Assembly: GCA_038870975.1 (NCBI GenBank) | Contig: JAVZJD010000002.1 | Location: 463,626 to 527,625, forward strand | DNA: 64,000 bases | Origin: Candidatus Bathyarchaeia archaeon | GTDB taxonomy: Archaea > Thermoproteota > CALKCG01 > B24 | Direction of reading: 5' to 3' | Shown here: positions 57,419-64,000 of the stretch, piece by piece | How positions within the stretch are numbered: the stretch's first letter is position 1 | Layout of the letters: every line of letters starts with the position of its first letter | Position numbers and translations under genes: made by a program | The notes under the pieces: model-generated | Databases searched by the model: none | What the model was told of the DNA's origin: nothing | The model's input: only the letters and a program-made list of their open reading frames with translations

Positions 57419-59314
57419 TTGAAACCCAAATTTGTTGTGGTAGATAGTTCCCAAAGTCCGTATTCATTACTTAGACCCATACCCATAGATTCCGTCAAAC
57501 TTAAGGATGGTTTCTGGGCTCCTAGAATAAAAACGCTCATAGAGGTGACGCTTCCGACACAATATGAAATGCTTGAGGAAACGGGGAGGATAGATAACTT
57601 CCGTAGAGCAACTAGGAAGATAAAAGCTGAGTTTAAAGGGTTATTCTTCAACGATTCAGACGTCTATAAGTGGATTGAAGCAACATCCTACGCTTTAGCT
57701 TACGATTATGACAGACGCTTAGAAAAAATTATGGATAATGTGATTGTCGATATAGCTGATGCCCAAGATGCGAATGGATACTTAAATACATATTTTACAT
57801 TTGAAAGAAAAGCTCAACGATGGACTAATCTACGTGATATGCATGAATTGTATTGCGCAGGTCATCTTATCCAAGCGGCCGTTGCTCATTATAGGGCAAC
57901 TGGCAAGAGGACGCTTTTAGATGTAAGTATTAAACTGGCAAATCACATACTCAGCATATTTGGATCAGGTAAAAGACAAGGAGTACCAGGACATCCTGAA
58001 GTTGAAATGGCACTTGTAGAACTTTATAGAACCACACGTATGAGCGACTTTCTAAGCTTAGCGAAGTTTTTCATAGATAACCGTGGTAGAGGTTTAATCG
58101 GTGGAAGCTCATATCACATAGATCACAAACCATTTAGAGAGTTAGACGAAATAGTTGGCCATGCTGTGAGAAGCGTCTACTTAAACTGTGGTGCTACAGA
58201 CGTCTACATGGAGACTGGAGATGAAAGCCTTCTAAAAGCCTTAGAGCGTTTATGGCAAAATATGGTTAATTGTAAAATGTATGTTACTGGAGGATTAGGC
58301 TCTAGGTATGAGGGTGAGGCTTTTGGAGAAAACTATGAACTACCGAATAGACGCGCTTACGCTGAAACATGTGCCGCCGTAGCGAATGTTATGTGGAATT
58401 GGCGTATGCTTTTAGCAACTGGTAAAGCAGAGTACGCTGATATTATAGAGCTGGCTCTATACAATGGAGCTCTTGCAGGAATTGGTTTAGACGGTGAGAC
58501 GTACTTCTACGTCAACCCACTGGCAGATAGAGGAGCCCATAGAAGAAGCAGATGGTTCGATTGCGCATGTTGTCCACCGAATATAGCGAGGCTTATAGCG
58601 TCTGTTTCAGGCTACTTTTACAGCACTTCACAAGATGGAATATGGATACATATTTATGCAACTAATGAGACGACCATAGAATTTAACGGTGGACTTGTTA
58701 AGTTAACCCAGAATACTGATTATCCTTGGGATGGTCACGTTGAAATAACCGTATACCCTGAAAAGCTGTCAGAGTTTTCAATATTCTTACGTATCCCAGG
58801 GTGGAGTTTACGGACGACTGTAGCCTTAAATGGTGAGCCCTTGGATTGCAATATAAAACCTCCGCAGTATTTAGAGGTTAAAAGAACCTGGGAGAAGGGA
58901 GATGTAATATCGATGGATTTGGATTTGCGAGTGAACGTCTTATTATCCCATCCGCACGTTCTGGAGAACTTTTGCAGAATTGCATTAAAACGGGGGCCTT
59001 TCGTCTACTGCGTAGAACAGGCGGATAACCCAGGTTTCGACATATGGAATTTAATAGTTTCTCTAAACCCATCGTTTAACATTATGCGAAGACCAGATTT
59101 ACTCGGCGGAATTCGTACAATCGAATGTGATGGTTTCGTTGTTAATAAAAATCCTAAGTCTCTCTACTCCAGTCTTGAAGAAACCACGATAGAGATTAAG
59201 CCAGTTAAATTTACAGCCATACCTTATTATGCCTGGGCTAATAGAGAACCGGGACCTATGGTCGTGTGGATTCCGATGTTTAACATGGATTTAATTAAGC
59301 GATATTCATCATAA
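57419..59314 (+). CDS. glycoside hydrolase family 127 (beta-L-arabinofuranosidase-like, DUF1680)
   Basis: 631 aa; CACCPPNIARL Cys-rich catalytic-site motif. Confidence 0.8.
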   Translation: MKPKFVVVDSSQSPYSLLRPIPIDSVKLKDGFWAPRIKTLIEVTLPTQYEMLEETGRIDNFRRATRKIKAEFKGLFFNDSDVYKWIEATSYALAYDYDRRLEKIMDNVIVDIADAQDANGYLNTYFTFERKAQRWTNLRDMHELYCAGHLIQAAVAHYRATGKRTLLDVSIKLANHILSIFGSGKRQGVPGHPEVEMALVELYRTTRMSDFLSLAKFFIDNRGRGLIGGSSYHIDHKPFRELDEIVGHAVRSVYLNCGATDVYMETGDESLLKALERLWQNMVNCKMYVTGGLGSRYEGEAFGENYELPNRRAYAETCAAVANVMWNWRMLLATGKAEYADIIELALYNGALAGIGLDGETYFYVNPLADRGAHRRSRWFDCACCPPNIARLIASVSGYFYSTSQDGIWIHIYATNETTIEFNGGLVKLTQNTDYPWDGHVEITVYPEKLSEFSIFLRIPGWSLRTTVALNGEPLDCNIKPPQYLEVKRTWEKGDVISMDLDLRVNVLLSHPHVLENFCRIALKRGPFVYCVEQADNPGFDIWNLIVSLNPSFNIMRRPDLLGGIRTIECDGFVVNKNPKSLYSSLEETTIEIKPVKFTAIPYYAWANREPGPMVVWIPMFNMDLIKRYSS

Positions 59315-59554
59315 CTAGCTGTAGTTTGACCTTCCGTGTATTCCAATTAAATTTTATATAAGCATTCATCATTGTCTTTTTGTTTCGGCTAGATTAACTT
59401 CTAAACTTTCTAAGGTCAAAGGACATCGTAGTGGTGCGTTGCGAAGGGTTTAAAGAACACGTAGGTAGAATTTTATTGGTTAGATTAAGCTCTCCCCGAA
59501 AAGCTAAGTGAAAAGGATATTAAAGAAGATAACATACCAGACGGGAAATGAAAA

Positions 59555-59911
59555 GTGAACTGTAGAGACAGATGGTGGTTTCGCCATAATCCGTACAAAC
59601 GGAAAGATGGTTTTAAGGTAATAGAGAAGAAGAAAAATCCTTCAAAACCAACTCAAGCTATAAATGCATATGCTAATTGTAAACAAGAAGTTAAAGACGC
59701 AGGCTACATCATAATATCCTGGTGGAATTATGAGTACCTGAATTATTGGTATGTAGGATCAACTCAGAGTAAAAAAGAGCCTAAAGAATGGGTTTACGAT
59801 CCTAGATTCCTTACGAATAGCTTAGACGAAATAACTCGAGCAGCACCACAATTGTATTTGCTCTTACCTTTTACGTCTACTAAATGTTTCATAATGAATT
59901 TACGCTTTTAA
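59555..59911 (+). CDS. hypothetical Trp/Tyr-rich protein, doubtful
   Basis: 118-aa ORF in a 670-bp intergenic region; no motif. Confidence 0.2.
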   Translation: MNCRDRWWFRHNPYKRKDGFKVIEKKKNPSKPTQAINAYANCKQEVKDAGYIIISWWNYEYLNYWYVGSTQSKKEPKEWVYDPRFLTNSLDEITRAAPQLYLLLPFTSTKCFIMNLRF

Positions 59912-59985
59912 GTAGAAGTTGGACTATGGATATAGGGGAGAGTAAACTCATAATAGATACTTTAGAGTTTATAGAAGACAGACTA

Positions 59986-61437
59986 TTATATTGGCTTTCT
60001 AATCTTCCATTTTGTCTCCCCAGAAACGTCCTCAAGTTCTACGCCTAGCTCTCTAAGTCTACTTCTTACCATATCCGATATATCATATCGTTTTTCTCTT
60101 CTAAAGATCTCTCGAACTTCTACTATGAGTTGAATAAGCTGATCGACGAGTCCTTTTGAAGGCAAAGGTTCATATACTTCGAGGATTCCGAAAACTTTTC
60201 TGACCATGTTTAGAAGCTCTAAGACTTGCTCTTTGACTTCTCTATTCAACTTAGAAGCTGTTCCTAATATGCTGTTGAAAGCTCTCATGTAGTTGAATAA
60301 AACCGCCAAAGCACCTGGGGTATCTAAGTCGTCATCCATACGCTCTTCAAAATCTATTCTAGCCTTTTTAGTAATATCAAGGATTTTCTTTTCATCTTCG
60401 CTTAGAGTAGATTCAACTTTTTCAATAGATTCAACTTTTTCAATAAAGTCTGAGAGACGGCGTAGGTTTTCTTCAGCCATTTTAATGGAGTTTTCATTGA
60501 AGTCAACATCGCTTCTATAGTGTGCCGATATGTAAAACATACGTAGGACATCTCTCCCCCACTTATCTAAAGCCTCGTTAAGTCTTATGATGTTGCCCTT
60601 GCTCTTACTCATCTTCTCTCCGTTTATCGTTAAAAGCCCACAGTGAACCCAGTACTTCACAAACGGCTTCTTACCAGTATATGCTTCGCTCTGAGCTAGA
60701 GAATTCTCATGGTGGGGGAAGATTAATTCTCTAGCACCACCATGGATATCTATCTGTTCTCCGAGGTACTTTATACTCATAACTGAACACTCTATGTGCC
60801 ATCCTGGGAAGCCATAGCCCCAAGGAGATCTCCACCTCAACGGATAATCTTCTGAAGCTGTCTTCCACAAAGCGAAGTCAGCGGGGTTACGCTTCCTTGG
60901 GTCTGGTTCAACTCTGTGCATTATAAGTTCCTCTCTCCGTACACCTGACAATTTACCGTAATCTTCAAACTTTGAGACGTCGAAGTAAACATCTCCATCT
61001 ACTACGTAACCGTAGCCCTTCTCTATTAGCCTCTCGATTACTTCAATCATTTCCATGATATGACCACTAGCCCTAGGTTGAATACTCGGCCGTTTATTTC
61101 CAAGTCTATCCATAGCCTCAAAGTACTCGAGTAGATATTTATCGGCTATCTCCATTGGATGGAGCTTTTCACGTTTCGCCCCTAGAATCATACGATCTTC
61201 TCCAACAGCCTCCAGAATATGCCCCACATCTGTGATGTTTCGGATGTATTTAACTCGGAACCCCTTATATTCAAGCCACCTGATAAGTATATCGTAGACG
61301 ACACTTGCCCTACCGTGTCCCAAGTGAGGACTGTCATAAACTGTTGGACCGCAGACGTAAATTTTAACGATACCTGGGTCTATGGTTTGAAAGACCTCTT
61401 TCCGCCTAGTCAGAGTATTGTAGATTCTTATCGGCAT
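59986..61437 (-). CDS. cysS: cysteinyl-tRNA synthetase
   Basis: 483 aa; CGPTVYDSPHLGHGR (HIGH) and KMSKSKGN. Confidence 0.9.
   Translation of the reverse strand: MPIRIYNTLTRRKEVFQTIDPGIVKIYVCGPTVYDSPHLGHGRASVVYDILIRWLEYKGFRVKYIRNITDVGHILEAVGEDRMILGAKREKLHPMEIADKYLLEYFEAMDRLGNKRPSIQPRASGHIMEMIEVIERLIEKGYGYVVDGDVYFDVSKFEDYGKLSGVRREELIMHRVEPDPRKRNPADFALWKTASEDYPLRWRSPWGYGFPGWHIECSVMSIKYLGEQIDIHGGARELIFPHHENSLAQSEAYTGKKPFVKYWVHCGLLTINGEKMSKSKGNIIRLNEALDKWGRDVLRMFYISAHYRSDVDFNENSIKMAEENLRRLSDFIEKVESIEKVESTLSEDEKKILDITKKARIDFEERMDDDLDTPGALAVLFNYMRAFNSILGTASKLNREVKEQVLELLNMVRKVFGILEVYEPLPSKGLVDQLIQLIVEVREIFRREKRYDISDMVRSRLRELGVELEDVSGETKWKIRKPI
60408..60443. repeat. perfect 18-bp tandem duplication inside cysS (in frame; IEKVES x2)
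   Basis: TAGATTCAACTTTTTCAA at 60408-60425 and again at 60426-60443. Confidence 0.8.
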
Positions 61438-61517
61438 GCTACATTAGCATAACAGTAGAGTTACTTAAATTATTTCTTCTAGGGAAAAGCTTTATATTGT
61501 AAGTCGATTTTAAAAGG

Positions 61518-61976
61518 TTGGAGGTAAAATTGAAGAGAAGAGCCCATGCACATGGTAAATCCCACTCAACTAGACCTATAGCGAAGAGACCACCACCTTG
61601 GTGTAATTATAAGCCTGAGGAAGTAGAGGCATTGGTTGTTAAACTTGGTAAAGACATGATACAACCGAGTATGATAGGAACCATATTGAGAGACCAATAT
61701 GGAATACCTCTTGTTAAACAAATAACAGGGAAAACAGTTATGGAAATACTTGAAGAGCATGGCTTAGCCCCCAACATCCCTGAAGATTTAACAAACCTCT
61801 TAAGAAAAGCAACCAGGTTGAGAAGACATTGTGAAAGCCATCGAAAAGATAAATCGAATAAAAGGGCTCTTCAAATAATAGAGGCGAAGATATATAGGCT
61901 CTCAAAATACTATAAATCTATTGGAAGACTGCCTCAGGACTGGACTTATAAGGCCGTTGTATTATCCGCGGAGTAG
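61518..61976 (+). CDS. rps15: 30S ribosomal protein S15 (uS15, S15P/S13e)
   Basis: 152 aa; basic N-terminus and conserved [14 protein letters not shown] block. Confidence 0.85.
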   Translation: MEVKLKRRAHAHGKSHSTRPIAKRPPPWCNYKPEEVEALVVKLGKDMIQPSMIGTILRDQYGIPLVKQITGKTVMEILEEHGLAPNIPEDLTNLLRKATRLRRHCESHRKDKSNKRALQIIEAKIYRLSKYYKSIGRLPQDWTYKAVVLSAE

Positions 61977-61987
61977 GCTTGAAAAAG

Positions 61988-62497
61988 CTAATGAGTTATT
62001 CCTACTCTAGTGTAGATTTCTCTTGGAGCCTTAACTTCGACAACCATATTCACTATATCGGCTCTATTTATAAGCTCGGGTGGACAGTACCTGCCAGTTA
62101 ATACAACGTCTGTTTCATCTGGAACCTCGTTTAAAAGCTCGAGAATACTCTTGGTATCTAAAAGTCCTATGAAGGCGGCAAGACAAATCTCATCTAAAAC
62201 TAGTAGATGGGGTTTACTCTTTAAGACCTCTCTAGCCTTCTCAAGACCTTTTCTCGCTAGGATTTTATCTTCTTCAGATGGGTTTCGTAAGTCCACCCAT
62301 TCTCTCCTTCCAAACTGGTATATTTCATAGTAGGGTTTAAGCAACTCCATAACCTTATATTCACCTATATCTTTACGACCCTTCATAAACTGAATTATCA
62401 CAGCTCTTAAGCCATGGCCTATGCATCTTAAAGCCAAGCCTAAAGCGTTAGTCGTCTTTCCAGCGCCAGTCCCATAGTAGAGGAAAATCTTACCCAT
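61988..62497 (-). CDS. cobA: ATP:cob(I)alamin (corrinoid) adenosyltransferase, CobA/CobO family
   Basis: 169 aa; P-loop YYGTGAGKTTNALG. Confidence 0.75.
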   Translation of the reverse strand: MGKIFLYYGTGAGKTTNALGLALRCIGHGLRAVIIQFMKGRKDIGEYKVMELLKPYYEIYQFGRREWVDLRNPSEEDKILARKGLEKAREVLKSKPHLLVLDEICLAAFIGLLDTKSILELLNEVPDETDVVLTGRYCPPELINRADIVNMVVEVKAPREIYTRVGITH

Positions 62498-62500
62498 AGA

Positions 62501-64000
62501 CTACTCTACCTCACAAACTGGACAACTACTGATGGGTTTAACTCCAACTTCTAAAACCTGTTCTTTTCTACTACCATATCTGTAGACTGTAATACCTTTA
62601 CATCCTAGTCTATGCGCCAATAAGAATGCCTTTTTAACAGCCTCAGGTGAAGCATCCTGTTTTAAATTTATGGTTTTTGAAACGGCATTATCTGTAAACT
62701 CTTGAAATGCCGCTTGAACTTTAACATGCCAATCTACGTCTACTTCCAATGCCGTTACAAAGACCTTCTTAATGTCCTCAGGAACCCCTTGAACGTTTGC
62801 AAGAGAGCCAGACTTAGATATTTCAGTTATCAATTCATCAGAATAAAGCCCCCTCTCTCTAAGAACTTCTTCAAGAATATGGTTTACTTCAAAAAGCTTC
62901 ACACTCCCAAGTACAGTCCTAGAATAGGCTAGGGCAAAGTTAGGTTCTATACCACTTGAAGTCCCTGCTATTAAACTTATGGTTCCCGTTGGAGCTATAG
63001 TTGTCGTAGCGGCGTTTCTAATGCCGTGGTTTTTAATCAAATCTCTAACCTCATCCCAGTTCAAATGGCGGTATTTCGCTTCCCCTCCAGCTTCAAACGG
63101 CATTATAGGGACTTCAGAATCGTAGATTGACCCTTTAAACGCAGGAAACGGCCCCCTACTTTCCGCAAGTTCTATTGAAGCAAGCTTACTATGGTAGTTT
63201 ATATACTCCATAATCCTCCTGGCGAGGACCACTGCTTCCTCAGAATCATACGGTATTCCAAGTCTGAAGAGCATATTAGCCCAACCCATGATTCCCAGCC
63301 CTATTTTACGAGTTCTAAGGGTTGCTTTCTCGATTTCATCTGTTGGAAAGTTATTCGCATCTATCACATTATCCAAGAAGTGAACAGCAACCTTAACTAC
63401 TTCTCTAAGCTTCTTCCAATCAACATCCCATCTACCGTTTTCATTCTTCACCATCAACTCCAGGTTGATAGATCCTAGATTGCATGATTCATATGGAAGT
63501 AAAGGCTGCTCACCGCATGGGTTTGTAGCTTCAATTGTCCCTAATTGCGGAGTTGGATTATGCTTATTGATCGTGTCTATGAATATTAACCCTGGATCCC
63601 CAGTCCTCCAGGCATTGTAAACTATTAAGTCAAACAGATATCTAGCGTTGACTTTCCGAACAGATTTACCAGTTCTTGGGTTTATAAGCTCAAAATCTTC
63701 ACCTTTTTCAACAGCCTCCATAAAATCATCTGTCACAGCAACAGAGATATTGAAGTTCCTCAAAATACCTTCTTCACTCTTTGCGTATATGAAATCAATT
63801 ATATCTGGATGGTCTATCCTCAAGATTCCCATATTGGCTCCCCGACGCTTTCCACCCTGCTTAATAACTTCAGTAGCCACATCGTAAATACGCATAAAGC
63901 TCACAGGACCCGATGCAATACCACTTGTAGATTTGACGACATCACCCTTAGGCCTAAGCTTTGAAAAGTTAAATCCTGTGCCTCCACCGCTCTTATGAAT
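62501..64000 (-). CDS. nrdJ: ribonucleotide reductase, probably class II (adenosylcobalamin-dependent), 5'-truncated by the window edge
   Basis: Frame stays open to nt 64000 (GGGTGFNFSKLRPKGD block upstream of the track Met); C-terminal Cys pair SCPVCEVE; adjacent to cobA; class call is tentative. Confidence 0.6.
   Translation of the reverse strand: MHKSGGGTGFNFSKLRPKGDVVKSTSGIASGPVSFMRIYDVATEVIKQGGKRRGANMGILRIDHPDIIDFIYAKSEEGILRNFNISVAVTDDFMEAVEKGEDFELINPRTGKSVRKVNARYLFDLIVYNAWRTGDPGLIFIDTINKHNPTPQLGTIEATNPCGEQPLLPYESCNLGSINLELMVKNENGRWDVDWKKLREVVKVAVHFLDNVIDANNFPTDEIEKATLRTRKIGLGIMGWANMLFRLGIPYDSEEAVVLARRIMEYINYHSKLASIELAESRGPFPAFKGSIYDSEVPIMPFEAGGEAKYRHLNWDEVRDLIKNHGIRNAATTTIAPTGTISLIAGTSSGIEPNFALAYSRTVLGSVKLFEVNHILEEVLRERGLYSDELITEISKSGSLANVQGVPEDIKKVFVTALEVDVDWHVKVQAAFQEFTDNAVSKTINLKQDASPEAVKKAFLLAHRLGCKGITVYRYGSRKEQVLEVGVKPISSCPVCEVE

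Overview
Archaeal chromosomal segment (archaeal TFB, aIF5B, S6e, S15, SUI1; intron-containing tRNA). About 65 protein-coding genes plus tRNA-Leu(UAA, with intron) and tRNA-Ala(CGC); no rRNA and no CRISPR array. All functional calls come from motif recognition by eye on the supplied translations; no database search was run. The left edge carries the tail of a cas operon (Cas3 HD nuclease, Cas6). Housekeeping blocks: gap-pgk, SUI1, tfb; S6e, aIF5B, GluRS; leuC-D-B-A; CysRS, S15; B12-dependent RNR next to a corrinoid adenosyltransferase. Carbohydrate and fermentative genes (GH3, GH127, DeoC, tungsten AOR plus ferredoxin) and corrinoid-type methyltransferase parts (MtrH-like, two URO-D/MtaA-like) suggest an anaerobic heterotroph. 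The most unusual region is a decayed accessory patch at about 31.9-39.5 kb next to tRNA-Ala. It holds an att-like repeat of the tRNA 3' end, a KaiC-like ATPase with degenerate Walker motifs, pseudogene fragments and a duplicated promoter/5' end of the mtrH-like gene. Between the two duplicate copies sits a regulator-linked five-gene cassette (ApbC/Mrp, NifX-like, MinD-like stub, radical SAM, small ORF), which is the best candidate for an undescribed system: a metallocofactor-maturation-like module with no obvious client enzyme. Other notable items: a divergent pair of paralogous nucleotidyltransferase-fold genes, a VapBC-like pair in which each gene carries one in-frame TAG, and a leuB whose conserved N-terminus has no canonical start codon.
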